Notes: generated by a model from the letters alone, not told the origin. A stretch of 64,000 nucleotides of DNA from Acidobacteriota bacterium (GCA_965209055.1 OZ242374.1:3392001-3456000), one strand, 5' to 3'; positions 17,627-27,181 are shown, numbered from the stretch's first letter. Made by a program: numbers and translations.

Positions 17627-20389
17627 GTGAACCCGTCCGTCAGATCGGATAGCCTCGATACTCCCTGGCCGCTCGGTTCCTGTCCGAATCTGGGCCGTTC
17701 CATCCCGAGTCGGATGCATGCCCTGACCCTGTACCGGGACCAATACGGTCCACCCCGGGACGTGGTCCGCTTGGAGGAGGTAGAGGTTCCACGCCTCCGC
17801 GCGGCCGACGCCCGGGGAGTCCTGGTGGCCGTTCTGGCCAGCGGACCCAACTTCAACACCAATTTCGCGGCTCTGGGACTGCCGGTTCCCGTCTTCGCCC
17901 GGGGCGACAGCGCCATCCTCCACATTCCGGGAAGCGACGCCCTGGGAATCGTGGTGGATGCCGGTCCCGCGGTCCGGTCGGTGAAGGTGGGTCAGGCCGT
18001 CATTCTCGATTCCTGGACCGGACACAACATTCGAGGCTATGAGACCCACGACGGCTTCAATGCCCAGTTCGCCATGGTCGACGAGGAACGGGCCATTCCG
18101 GTCCCTCCCTCCCTCGGCAGCCATAGTCCCGAGCAGTTGTCGGCCATGCTGCTCACCTATGGAACGGCCTACCGCACCGTGGTGGAGCGCCTGGCCGTCG
18201 GTCCGGGAGACTCCATGCTGGTCCTGGGAGGAGGGAAGGGAACCAGCTTCGCCGCCGCGCAACTGGGAAAGGCCCTCGGGGCCCGCGTGGTCCTGATGGG
18301 TTCCAATCCGGCGTTGGGCCGGTCGCTCATCGAGCGGGGAATCGCCGACTCCTTCGTCGACCGGCGGCGGATCCCGGCCGAAGTCTTCGGCGTGGTCGAC
18401 GTCGGGGAGGAATACGGCGAGTGGCATGCCCGGACCGAGCCCTTTCGCCGCATCGTGCTGGCCGCCAACGACGGCCGTCCGGTGGACACGGTCTTCGAGC
18501 ATACCGGGGGCGCCAATTTCCCCCTGCTGGTTTCGGTTCTTGCCCCCAAGGGACGGCTCGCCTTCTTCGGCGCCACCGGACGGGGCCTCAAGGGCGAATA
18601 CAAGGAGACCTTCTTCTACGACGGACGCCGCTTCGTCCTGGATGCCCGCTGGGTCTGGATGCGCCAGAAGCAGGTCCTCTTTCGGAGTGGGACCCCAGCG
18701 GAGATCTTCTCGGAGATCGGGCTGCTGCCGGGGCGAAGAGGGCTGGTCTGGGGGGCTGACCGGTACGCGCGGGAGTTCGTCGAAGCGGCGCTTCAGCGGC
18801 GGGCGGACCTGGCGGTGGTCGCGTCCCGTTCCCGGGAAGCAGAGGGACTGGCCGCTCTGTCCCGCATGGGCCTCGACGGGTCGCGGATCATCGACCGCGA
18901 CCGGTTCCGGCTACCCGTCGACATGCCGGATCCCTTGACCGACAAAGGGACGCCGAATCCCGCCTACATGTCGGACTTCATGCTGGACGCACGCGCTCTC
19001 GGGAGGGCCATCTGGGAGGTCTTCGGCCCCCGGGTCAATCCGGACTTCATCGTGGAGCGTCCCGATCAGAGCACGCTCCATGTCAGCACCTTCCTGTTGA
19101 GGGACCATGACGAGAAGGACGAGATGTCCTGCGGCATCATCGTGGCCCGCGGGTCGTCCGATCTGACCGTCTCCGGATCCCACATGTATCGGGCCGCTCA
19201 GGCCCGGGAGACGGTTCGCCTGTTGGCCCGGAACCGGATCGTCATGGACCAGGAGGACCTGGAGGTGGTGGATCTGGCGGGTTTGCCGGAGATCCAGCAG
19301 AAGATGCTGGACGGCACCATGGCGAAACCCAAGGGTGTGTCGCTCGTCCAGGCGGACGGTGCGGGCCGGAAGATCTCCGACTACGAGGTCGAATACCTGG
19401 GCAGGACGCTCCGCGAGGCCGACCCGGAGAACGGCCGGTTCATCGACTTGAGCCTGATCGAAGAGGTGGGAATCCTCACCCTCAGGCGGCCGGACGCCCT
19501 GAATGCCCTCAATCAGGAACTGCTGGCCCAGCTTGCCCAACTGACGGAGGAGCTCGGAGCGCACGGAACCCTCCACGGAGGGAGGACGACCGCCCTGATC
19601 GTGCGCGGTTCCGGACGCGCATTCGTGGCGGGGGCCGACGTTCAGGGCTTTGTGGGAGGGGATGCCGAGTCCATCCGGCGGCTGGCGGCGGAGAACATGG
19701 CTCTCTTCCGGCGGTTGGAATCCCTGCCTCTTCCGGTGGTGTCGATCGTGGACGGCTTCGCGCTGGGCGGCGGCAACGAGCTGGCCATGAGCACCCACTA
19801 TCGAATCGTCACCGAAAACGCCGTCATCGGACAGCCGGAGGTGAAGCTCGGCATCATCCCGGGATATGGGGGCATGCAGCGGCTGCCGAGGCTCGTCGGT
19901 CCGCGGAGAGCCGCCGAAATCGCGGTCAACGGAGAGTCGGTGGACGGACGCACGGCGGTCCGGATCGGGCTGGCCCACGAGTTCCATCCCGCCTCCACCG
20001 CCCTGACCAGGGCGTTCCGGGTAGCGGACGAGCTCCGGTCCGGTGCGCGCCGATTCCAGGCGTCCGATTGGGACGAGCTTGCCGCCGGTCAAAGCCGGGC
20101 GTTGGAGGCGCTTTACGGAAGCGATGCCGTGAGCGGAATCCTGCAATCACCCACGCCCGTCGGCGAAGCGGCGGAAGGTCTTCGGGCCGCTCGCCGGTTC
20201 GCGGCCCGGCTGGCCCTGGATGCCATGCGGTTCGGCTACGAACGCGGATTCACCCAGGGTATGGACAACGACGCCAAACTGTTCGGCGAAGCCGTAGCAT
20301 CGGAGTCCGGTCAGTGGTGGGTGCGGCGCTTCCTGGCGAAAGATCCCAGACAGTCCGCCTTCGTGACGTTGCTGCAGCCTGAGGGTTGA
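17627..20389 (+). CDS. Fusion of a crotonyl-CoA carboxylase/reductase-like MDR (with duplicated Rossmann domain) and an enoyl-CoA hydratase
   Basis: Ccr motifs NFNTNFAALGLP, HIPGSDALGIV, IRGYETHDGFNAQF, VFEHTG, DARWVWMRQKQ. Second Rossmann copy LVWGA...IIDRDRF...GRAIWEVFG...SGSHMY. Crotonase motifs DALNAL, AFVAGAD, GGGNEL, QPEVKLGIIPGYGGMQRL. Confidence 0.85.
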   Translation: MNPSVRSDSLDTPWPLGSCPNLGRSIPSRMHALTLYRDQYGPPRDVVRLEEVEVPRLRAADARGVLVAVLASGPNFNTNFAALGLPVPVFARGDSAILHIPGSDALGIVVDAGPAVRSVKVGQAVILDSWTGHNIRGYETHDGFNAQFAMVDEERAIPVPPSLGSHSPEQLSAMLLTYGTAYRTVVERLAVGPGDSMLVLGGGKGTSFAAAQLGKALGARVVLMGSNPALGRSLIERGIADSFVDRRRIPAEVFGVVDVGEEYGEWHARTEPFRRIVLAANDGRPVDTVFEHTGGANFPLLVSVLAPKGRLAFFGATGRGLKGEYKETFFYDGRRFVLDARWVWMRQKQVLFRSGTPAEIFSEIGLLPGRRGLVWGADRYAREFVEAALQRRADLAVVASRSREAEGLAALSRMGLDGSRIIDRDRFRLPVDMPDPLTDKGTPNPAYMSDFMLDARALGRAIWEVFGPRVNPDFIVERPDQSTLHVSTFLLRDHDEKDEMSCGIIVARGSSDLTVSGSHMYRAAQARETVRLLARNRIVMDQEDLEVVDLAGLPEIQQKMLDGTMAKPKGVSLVQADGAGRKISDYEVEYLGRTLREADPENGRFIDLSLIEEVGILTLRRPDALNALNQELLAQLAQLTEELGAHGTLHGGRTTALIVRGSGRAFVAGADVQGFVGGDAESIRRLAAENMALFRRLESLPLPVVSIVDGFALGGGNELAMSTHYRIVTENAVIGQPEVKLGIIPGYGGMQRLPRLVGPRRAAEIAVNGESVDGRTAVRIGLAHEFHPASTALTRAFRVADELRSGARRFQASDWDELAAGQSRALEALYGSDAVSGILQSPTPVGEAAEGLRAARRFAARLALDAMRFGYERGFTQGMDNDAKLFGEAVASESGQWWVRRFLAKDPRQSAFVTLLQPEG

Positions 20390-20398
20390 CCGGGGGCG

Positions 20399-20974
20399 TC
20401 AGCGGTTCCTGGCCGGATTCTCCAGGAACAGCCTGAAACGGACCTGCTCCCAATCGCCCCAATTCCTCCTCCTCTGAAAGAGAAAGTGGACCTCCGAGTC
20501 CTCCGATCCGCGAAAGGCCCGGAGCGTATTCTCCCAGTTTTGCTCCTGGTCCTGGTACTGCGGCCGGCCCGTCTTGCTCAACTGCCTTTCTTCCGCCGTT
20601 CCCAGCGGGACGGCCGTCGACCGGAGATACAGAGTTCCGACCAAGGGAATGACTCGATCCGTCTCCGTTTCAGCGCCCTCTTGGCCCGCGACAGTGGTCA
20701 CGACCTGCTCGCCCCGCAGAAAGACCAGGGAACAGCCCTCCTCCTCGCGGCGGACTTCCAGATCGAAGCCACCCCGGTCCAACCGCTTACCGCCCTCCGT
20801 GTAAAGAGTTCGATCCAGCCGAATCTCCGTCACGTAGACCTCGCCGGCTGCCGTCGCCACTCCGAGTCCCACCATCACAATCATCGTCAGAAGGGATCTT
20901 GTAGTCTGCCGAGCTATTCCCACGGAGGTCTTGACAATAGCGCTCCGTACAGACTTCACGTTGCAATCCCACAC
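20399..20974 (-). CDS. Hypothetical exported protein
   Basis: 191-aa ORF filling the gap, with a hydrophobic signal-like stretch LLTMIVMVGLGVATAAG. The true start is probably downstream of 20974. Confidence 0.55.
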   Translation of the reverse strand: MWDCNVKSVRSAIVKTSVGIARQTTRSLLTMIVMVGLGVATAAGEVYVTEIRLDRTLYTEGGKRLDRGGFDLEVRREEEGCSLVFLRGEQVVTTVAGQEGAETETDRVIPLVGTLYLRSTAVPLGTAEERQLSKTGRPQYQDQEQNWENTLRAFRGSEDSEVHFLFQRRRNWGDWEQVRFRLFLENPARNR

Positions 20975-21023
20975 GGCACGTAGTGCGCTGCTGATCGCCT
21001 TTGATCTCGGGTTTGGACGAGAA

Positions 21024-21218
21024 TTATCTTTTCCCGACCACCGGAACCGAGAGTTTCCGACAGATCTTACCTACCAAACGGTTGGGTATCTCAAGATGAC
21101 GTGGGACGGTCTCGACTGCGCCCGTATTCGGGTTGCACCAAAGCGAGTGAGATCTTCCTTCCCGTTTGAGAAAACACCCGTGCCTTCGGAGGTGCCGGAG
21201 CAGGCCGGACCTCTTCAT
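21024..21218 (-). CDS. hicA: HicA family mRNA interferase toxin
   Basis: REGRSHSLW...VPRH...ICRKL HicA signature. ATGA overlap with hicB. Confidence 0.92.
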   Translation of the reverse strand: MKRSGLLRHLRRHGCFLKREGRSHSLWCNPNTGAVETVPRHLEIPNRLVGKICRKLSVPVVGKR

Positions 21219-21430
21219 GGCACCGTGACAGTTTCTCGGATTGCTTCAGGGGGTACACCCCGCAATCCCTCCTCGCGCCGATCCTCCAGGATAAGTGCTA
21301 TGGCTTCAGCTAAATTGTCGCGGGCTTCACGCTTGGTTCTTCCCTGTCCATTGGCTCCAGGGATTTCAGGGCAATAGGCGATGTGCCAGTCTCCGTCATG
21401 CTCGATAATGGCCGTGAACTGATTTTCCAA
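21215..21430 (-). CDS. hicB: HicB family antitoxin (short, no DNA-binding domain)
   Basis: AYCPEIPGANGQGRTKREARDNLAEAI. Confidence 0.92.
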   Translation of the reverse strand: MENQFTAIIEHDGDWHIAYCPEIPGANGQGRTKREARDNLAEAIALILEDRREEGLRGVPPEAIRETVTVP

Positions 21431-21463
21431 TGGAGAAATCTCCCAAGTTTTCCAGATCTAATA

Positions 21464-22933
21464 TTAGCTCGCCTGAAGGAGCCGTTGCGAGAGGTCGTTG
21501 TATCCGCCCACGTCAGTGAGCCGCCGGTCTCGTCCCTGGAAGAAGTACGTGAGTCCTTCGTGGTCCAGACCCAGCAGAGAGAGGATGGTGGCGTGCAGGT
21601 CGTGGACGTGGACCTTGTCCTCGGTCACCTTCATTCCCAGATCGTCGGTGGCGCCGATGGCCTTTCCTCCCTGGATTCCGGCTCCCGCCATCCAGCAGGA
21701 GAAGCCGTACGGGTGGTGGTCCCGGCCGAGTTTCCCCTGCACGAATGGGGTTCGGCCGAACTCTCCGGAACAGAATACGAGGGTGCTGTCCATCAGTCCG
21801 CGCTGTTTGAGATCCTGCAGGAGGCCGGCGATGGGCTGGTCCACCTTCCTGGAGTTTTCCCAGTGGTTTCGGGAGCACTGCTCGTGGCCGTCCCAGTCGG
21901 TGCTGATCAGGTGCACGAAACGGACGCCGCGCTCCAACATGCGCCGGGTCAGCAGGCACATCCGCCCGAACTTCCGGCTCTTTTCCTGGTCCAGTCCGTA
22001 GAGGCGCCGGACGTGTTCCGGCTCCCGGGAAAGGTCCACCAGTTCCGGCGCAGCGGTCTGCATCCGGAAGGCCAGCTCGTAGTTGGTGATGCGAGCCGCC
22101 AGACTCGTGTCGTCGGCGCGGTCCTGGTAGTGCCGCCGGTTCGATTTCCGGATCCAGTCCAGGAGGTTCCGCTGATCCGCCGCGGTCATCTCCCGGGGCG
22201 GAGTCAGGTCCTTGAGGGGAGAGCCCTCGGAACGGAGCAGGGTGCCCTGATAGATGGCGGGCAGGAACCCGGAGCCGAAGTGGTTCCGGTTGGTCCGGCC
22301 CCACAAGTTGCCGTCGGTCATCACCATGTAGGCGGGAAGGTTGTCGTTCTCGCTCCCCAGGCCGTAGAGGATCCAGGACCCGACGCTGGGATGCCCGTTC
22401 AGGATGGAGCCGGTGCTGAGATAGTTGCTCGCCGGACCGTGGACGAAGGAGTCGTGGTAACAGGAGCGCACCACCGCCAGATCGTCGGCATGGGCGGCCA
22501 CGTTCCGCATGAGATCCGAAATTTCCAGGCCCGAGTCGCCGTACCGGTGGAAGGGGATGTCCGAACCCATCAGCTTGGCATCTCCGGCGGCGATATTGGC
22601 GAAATTGAGATCGTCCGAGGCGAAGCTCTGAGGAAGGGTCTGACCATCGAAGCGGGTCAGGACCGGCTTGGGATCCAGGGTGTCCACGTGGCTGGCGCCT
22701 CCCTGGAGATAGATAAAGACCACGTTGCGGCCGCTGGCGCTCTGGTGCGGCGGCTTGGGTGCGAGCGGGTGCGGGACCGGTTCCCGGGTTCCCTTGGCGG
22801 AGGCCGTCCGGAAGAACGATTCCCGCTCCAGCAGATGGATCAACGGCAGGGAGCCGAAGCCCATTCCCCACTTGCTCAGAAACTCCCGGCGGGAGCCGGC
22901 CGTCTCATGGCGCTGGCAACGGAAGGGATTCAT
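21464..22933 (-). CDS. DUF1501 domain protein (Tat signal)
   Basis: SRREFL, GGASHVDTLDPKP, YELAFRMQ, RRMLERGVRFV, WDGH, GEFGRTP, GRDHHP, RRLTDVGG. Confidence 0.92.
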   Translation of the reverse strand: MNPFRCQRHETAGSRREFLSKWGMGFGSLPLIHLLERESFFRTASAKGTREPVPHPLAPKPPHQSASGRNVVFIYLQGGASHVDTLDPKPVLTRFDGQTLPQSFASDDLNFANIAAGDAKLMGSDIPFHRYGDSGLEISDLMRNVAAHADDLAVVRSCYHDSFVHGPASNYLSTGSILNGHPSVGSWILYGLGSENDNLPAYMVMTDGNLWGRTNRNHFGSGFLPAIYQGTLLRSEGSPLKDLTPPREMTAADQRNLLDWIRKSNRRHYQDRADDTSLAARITNYELAFRMQTAAPELVDLSREPEHVRRLYGLDQEKSRKFGRMCLLTRRMLERGVRFVHLISTDWDGHEQCSRNHWENSRKVDQPIAGLLQDLKQRGLMDSTLVFCSGEFGRTPFVQGKLGRDHHPYGFSCWMAGAGIQGGKAIGATDDLGMKVTEDKVHVHDLHATILSLLGLDHEGLTYFFQGRDRRLTDVGGYNDLSQRLLQAS

Positions 22934-22948
22934 GGAAAATACCGCTTC

Positions 22949-25573
22949 TCAGTCAATATGGCTGAACTCGTTGAGATTAAACAGGCCCAGGCAGAGCTGG
23001 GTCAAGGCAGCCGCCCGGGGCCGCGGGATTTTCTCGAGCCCGGCCGGCAGCTCGGACCAACTCTCCGCCTTCACCTCGCGGGCCCGGGCCGACATCAATT
23101 CCAGCGCCTCCTTCTTCTCCTCGGGCGAAGGCGCCCGGCTCAAGGCCAGCCGCCACGCCTTTTCGACCCAGGCTGCCGGGTCGTCCCCCTCGCTCTCCAC
23201 CAGCCGGGACGCGAGGGCTACTGCCTGCCGGAAGGCCATCCGGTTGTTGAGAAACCAGAGGGCCTGCGGTGCCACCGTGGTGACGTCACGGCGGGGGCAG
23301 CTGACGGCGTTCTGGGGGCTGTCGAAGACGTCGAACATGGGAAACCGGAGATTGCGGCGGCTGAGGATGTAGACGCCCCGGCGGTATTGGGATTCGGGGT
23401 CCGCAGCGGTCAGCCAACCTTTGGGATCTCCCAGGCTTGCCATCTCTTCATCTCCCAGCGGCGGCGCCGCCGGACGGCCGTACGCCCCGAGATTCAAAGT
23501 GCCGGCCACCGCAAGTGTGGCGTCCCAGAGGACTTCCGCTTCCAACCGCCGCCGGTTCATTCTCCAGAGGAGACGGTTTTCGGGGTCCAGCGAGAGAGCG
23601 GCCGGGTCGCTGTGCAAGCTGGACATGCGGTAGGTGCTGGAGTTCAGGATCAGCCAGTGCATCGCCTTGAGGCTCCAGTTCCGGGCTGTGAACTCGACGG
23701 CCAGCCAATCCAGGAGCTGCGGATGGCTGGGCGCCTCCCCCTGGCGGCCGTAGTCGTTGGGAGTTCTCACCAGTCCTCGTCCCAAATGCCACTGCCAGAG
23801 CCGGTTCACCATGACCCGGGCGGTGAGAGGGTGGTCGGGACGGCTCAGCCAGAGCGCCAACTGCTTGCGGGGGCGGTTCTCCATTGATCCCGAGAAGACG
23901 CCGTTGGGATCGGTCTCCCCGCTCAACACCGCCGGGAAGCCGGGTCCGACCCGTTCCTCCTTTTGTCTGAACTCGCCTCGACTCAAGACGTGAACGGGCG
24001 CGGAAGCCTCCCGATCGTAATGACCCAGCACTGAAGCGGTCGGCAACTCGAGCAGTCCTTCGAACCGGACCAGATTGGAGCCCTCGATCTCGGAGACCTT
24101 GAGTACGGCGCGGGCCAGCCCGATAAGCAGATTTTCGTGCTGGTCCTTCTCCGGCTCGGTCAGAGCCTCCTCGAACTTGACGGCGCGAACCGCGTCCATC
24201 AGGAGCTTCGCCAATTCTTCCTGCTCCGGGGTCCGACGATCCTTTTCCGTCTCGTAGGCCTCGACCACCTCCGGAGCAAATTTCGCTTTCTTCTCCTGTT
24301 CGATCCTCTTCTTGACCTGTTTCTCGAATCGGCGGTAAGCGGAACGGCTTTCGTCCACGGCGATGACGGCGGGGTAGTCGATGTTCCGCGAGACCGCCTG
24401 AATGGGACTCATGACGGGGATGTCGACCTTGCGGCTGTTGGCAAACAGCGCTTGGAAGGCGTAGTAGTCCCTCTGGCTGATGGGGTCGGCCTTGTGATCG
24501 TGACAGCGGGCGCAGCCCAGGGTGAGGCCCAGGAAGGCGGCGCCGGTGGTGTCCGCCCAGTCGGTCAGTTCCTCGGCGCGCAACTGCTGGGCGTCCTGCA
24601 TCGATTCCAGCACCTCGGGTCCGAACGTGTAGAGGCCGGTTCCGACCCGGGCTTCCAGGTATTCGTTCTTCTTCAGGGGAATGGTCCGGCTCCCCAGGAG
24701 CTCGAACCGTTGGGGCCAGAGCTCGTCTCCGGCGATCTGCTCCTGCAGGAAACGGTCGTAGGGCTTGTCCTCGTTGAACGACTTGATGACGTAGTCCCGA
24801 TACCGCCAGGCGTTGGGATAGTAGTGATCCGACTCGTATCCGCTGCTGTCGGCATAGCGGACCACGTCCAGCCAGTGCCGGGCCCAGCGCTCGCCGTAGC
24901 GCGGCGATTCCAGCAGCTCGCCCACCATCCTGCCGTAGGGATCCGGCGAGTCGTCTCCCAAGTGCCGGTCCATCTGCTCCGGCGTCGGCGGAAGTCCGAT
25001 GAGGTCGAAGTAGGCCCTTCGGATCAGGGTTCTCCGGTCGGCCTCGGGAGCCGGTTTCAAGCCCTTCTCCTGCAACCGGGCCAGCACGAAGGCATCGATG
25101 GGGTTGCTGACCCAACCGTCCGCATCCGCCGCCGGAACGGCAGGCCGCCGGAGCTTCCGGAACGACCACCAGGAGGGTGGGGAGGAGCCGTCTTCGCGAA
25201 CGCTGGCCCATGGGAGGCCGCCGTCGATCCAGCGGCGCAGCACTTCCAGATCCGCAGCCGCCAGCGGAGAGCCGCCCGGGGGCATCTTCAGCTCGCCGTC
25301 ATGGGACGCGGCCAGAAACAGGAGGCTCGATCCGGCGTCTCCGGGGACCGCCGCCGGACCCCGGTGGCCGCCTTCCAGGAGAGTTTGCCGACTGCCCAGA
25401 TCAAGTCCCCCCTGGCGCGCCACGCCATGGCAGGCAAGGCAGTTCCGCTCCATGATCCGGAGAGCATCCGCCGCCAAAGATCCGTCCGCTTCGGAACGGC
25501 TGGAACTACCCTCCAGAAACGGCAGCAAGCAACTGGATACGACGGCGAGTAGCAACCACGGCCGACTATTCAT
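22949..25573 (-). CDS. PSD1/DUF1553 + DUF1549 + planctomycete cytochrome c protein
   Basis: CLACH, NPIDAF, RRAYFDLIGLPP, YGERWARHWLDVVRYADS, CARCHDHK, HPLTARVMVNRLWQWHLGRG. Confidence 0.92.
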   Translation of the reverse strand: MNSRPWLLLAVVSSCLLPFLEGSSSRSEADGSLAADALRIMERNCLACHGVARQGGLDLGSRQTLLEGGHRGPAAVPGDAGSSLLFLAASHDGELKMPPGGSPLAAADLEVLRRWIDGGLPWASVREDGSSPPSWWSFRKLRRPAVPAADADGWVSNPIDAFVLARLQEKGLKPAPEADRRTLIRRAYFDLIGLPPTPEQMDRHLGDDSPDPYGRMVGELLESPRYGERWARHWLDVVRYADSSGYESDHYYPNAWRYRDYVIKSFNEDKPYDRFLQEQIAGDELWPQRFELLGSRTIPLKKNEYLEARVGTGLYTFGPEVLESMQDAQQLRAEELTDWADTTGAAFLGLTLGCARCHDHKADPISQRDYYAFQALFANSRKVDIPVMSPIQAVSRNIDYPAVIAVDESRSAYRRFEKQVKKRIEQEKKAKFAPEVVEAYETEKDRRTPEQEELAKLLMDAVRAVKFEEALTEPEKDQHENLLIGLARAVLKVSEIEGSNLVRFEGLLELPTASVLGHYDREASAPVHVLSRGEFRQKEERVGPGFPAVLSGETDPNGVFSGSMENRPRKQLALWLSRPDHPLTARVMVNRLWQWHLGRGLVRTPNDYGRQGEAPSHPQLLDWLAVEFTARNWSLKAMHWLILNSSTYRMSSLHSDPAALSLDPENRLLWRMNRRRLEAEVLWDATLAVAGTLNLGAYGRPAAPPLGDEEMASLGDPKGWLTAADPESQYRRGVYILSRRNLRFPMFDVFDSPQNAVSCPRRDVTTVAPQALWFLNNRMAFRQAVALASRLVESEGDDPAAWVEKAWRLALSRAPSPEEKKEALELMSARAREVKAESWSELPAGLEKIPRPRAAALTQLCLGLFNLNEFSHID

Positions 25574-25720
25574 GGATTCGATTCCGGAAGTGGAAATCGG
25601 TCCGTCTATACCTGCGTAAGTCTACCAATTCCGATCAGGTGTTGCTGATAGTAGGTTCTTGTTGGGACAGCGGCTTTCTTGCCGCCGCACTCCGATGGTT
25701 CACGGGGAAGGAAACCTCAC

Positions 25721-26143
25721 TTACGGCATCACGTCGAGACCCTCCAATTCGGCGGCGATCGACAGCCGCTGGTCAAGACAAACGAAGGTGAGAGGGGAAC
25801 TCAATTGTTCCTGCACCAACATCGCGGCGGCAAGCTGACCCGCATCCGCGGCGCGCAAGGAATGCCGTGCCAACAGCAGGTTCGCTCGCACTCGGACGGC
25901 GAGGATGTCCGTTACCTCATCCCAATGGGAGGCGAAGGCATCGAATTGTCTGAGCAGGTTTCGCCGCTGCAGGCGAGTCAGCGCCTCTTCACGTGTCCGT
26001 CGTTCAATCGCGCTTACGATCTCGGTTCTTGTCCAGGCCCAGGTGATGATCCGGTCGTCTTCCGCCAATCGATCATGTGCCCAGCCACTTTTGGTTTCGG
26101 CAATGATCAGCGGCACCACCGCAGATGCATCCCAGTACCTCAC
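25721..26143 (-). CDS. vapC: VapC PIN-domain toxin
   Basis: YWDASAVVPL, TEIVSAI, LRAADAGQLAAA, FVCLDQRL. Confidence 0.9.
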   Translation of the reverse strand: MRYWDASAVVPLIIAETKSGWAHDRLAEDDRIITWAWTRTEIVSAIERRTREEALTRLQRRNLLRQFDAFASHWDEVTDILAVRVRANLLLARHSLRAADAGQLAAAMLVQEQLSSPLTFVCLDQRLSIAAELEGLDVMP

Positions 26144-26421
26144 AACCGGTCCTTGCGATCCTCGGCCAGCGCCTCGGAAATGCTCACCGGCAACACCAGT
26201 CGAGGCTTGTCCAGAATAGCAGCCGCGCCGCCTCGGCCCGGTCTGATCACTCCTTGGCTGATCAGCCGTTCTCGGGCTCCCTGGTCTTCCCCGGCTCCTG
26301 TTGCAACAAGTCTCGCGACCGGTTTGCCGCGGTCGAGAATCTGGACCTCCCCGCCTCGCCGGACTTCCCGAACGTAGTATGAGAGATTGGCCTTCAACTC
26401 GGAAATCGACACCGTCGTCAT
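26140..26421 (-). CDS. Phd/YefM family antitoxin
   Basis: MTTVSISELKANLSYYVREVRRGGEVQILDRGKPVARLV. Overlaps the vapC start. Confidence 0.9.
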   Translation of the reverse strand: MTTVSISELKANLSYYVREVRRGGEVQILDRGKPVARLVATGAGEDQGARERLISQGVIRPGRGGAAAILDKPRLVLPVSISEALAEDRKDRL

Positions 26422-26457
26422 AGTGACTAATATAGTCTTAATAATGAGACTATTCAA
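26421..26457 (-). promoter_or_regulatory. Sigma70 promoter with palindromic operators (leaderless phd-vapC mRNA)
   Basis: Minus strand TTGAAT-N17-TATATT-N7-ATG. Inverted repeat ATAGTCT...AGACTAT (26432-26453) and palindrome TAGTGACTA next to the start codon. Confidence 0.7.
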
Positions 26458-26551
26458 GTCTGAAACAGAATTGTGGGTGACAAAGGAAGGAGAAATTTCC
26501 CCACCGGATGCTTCCCGGCCATTTTTTGATGCGTTCTCTCCCGTCACGGTC

Positions 26552-26577
26552 TGTAGTCAATTGGCTACAATTTTGAC
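26552..26577 (+). promoter_or_regulatory. Operator palindrome and -10 box of the RelE/HigB-type TA operon (leaderless)
   Basis: Near-perfect palindrome TGTAGTCAATTGGCTACA overlapping TACAAT, which ends 6 nt before ATG 26578. Confidence 0.65.
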
Positions 26578-26922
26578 ATGATCAAGGTCGTCCACTATGT
26601 GGCGGAAGACGGAACGGACTACTTTGACAGATGGCTTCAAAGGCAGGGCACTGAGGTCCGATCTCGCATCCTGACCCGGATCGACCGGGTCGAACTTGGA
26701 AACTTCGGTGACCACAAAGGTGTGGGCAAGGGCGTTTCGGAGCTTCGAATCGACTTCGGCCCCGGATACCGGGTGTACTATGGCTTGGACAGTATGAATC
26801 TGGTGATCCTGTTGACCGGCGGGACCAAGAGTCGGCAACGCCGCGACATCCACAAGGCTCAGGCGTGTTGGAAGGCATACCGAGAGGAGGAACGACATGC
26901 CCGTAAAAGAACACAGAACTGA
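26578..26922 (+). CDS. RelE/ParE family addiction-module killer toxin
   Basis: GNFGDHKGVGKGVSELRIDFGPGYRVYY...LLTGGTKSRQRRDI. Confidence 0.92.
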   Translation: MIKVVHYVAEDGTDYFDRWLQRQGTEVRSRILTRIDRVELGNFGDHKGVGKGVSELRIDFGPGYRVYYGLDSMNLVILLTGGTKSRQRRDIHKAQACWKAYREEERHARKRTQN

Positions 26923-27181
26923 CCATTACCTCCGGACACCGGAAGACATCGCCGCGTATCTGAACGCTGTGATCGAGGAGTTCGACGGCGACCCTCGATT
27001 GTTGATGAAAGCCTTCCGTAACGTGGCAGCAGCGCAGGGGGGCGTCTCAGAGATCGCACGTCGAGCCGATATCGACCGTGTGGGCCTCTCCCGCAGCTTG
27101 TCGGGCAAGAGAGATCCGCGGCTTGGTACAGTGACCAAGATCGCCTCCGTTTGCGGCGTGAAGCTTCAGTTCGTGGCTTGA
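26897..27181 (+). CDS. Addiction-module antidote protein (HTH antitoxin)
   Basis: YLRTPEDIAAYLNA...VAAAQGGVSEIARRADIDRVGLSRSLSGKRDPRLGT. Toxin-first gene order. Confidence 0.9.
   Translation: MPVKEHRTDHYLRTPEDIAAYLNAVIEEFDGDPRLLMKAFRNVAAAQGGVSEIARRADIDRVGLSRSLSGKRDPRLGTVTKIASVCGVKLQFVA

Noticed and set aside
16184-18502. 772-aa antisense ORF
   Set aside because: Overlaps the DUF1501 and Ccr-like genes on the opposite strand; no recognisable domain.
17627-20389. PKS/NRPS biosynthetic cluster around the Ccr-like gene
   Set aside because: No KS, AT, ACP, A or C domains anywhere in the window.
21383-23887. 834-aa plus-strand ORF
   Set aside because: Antisense to the DUF1501 and DUF1553 genes; a consequence of GC3 codon bias.
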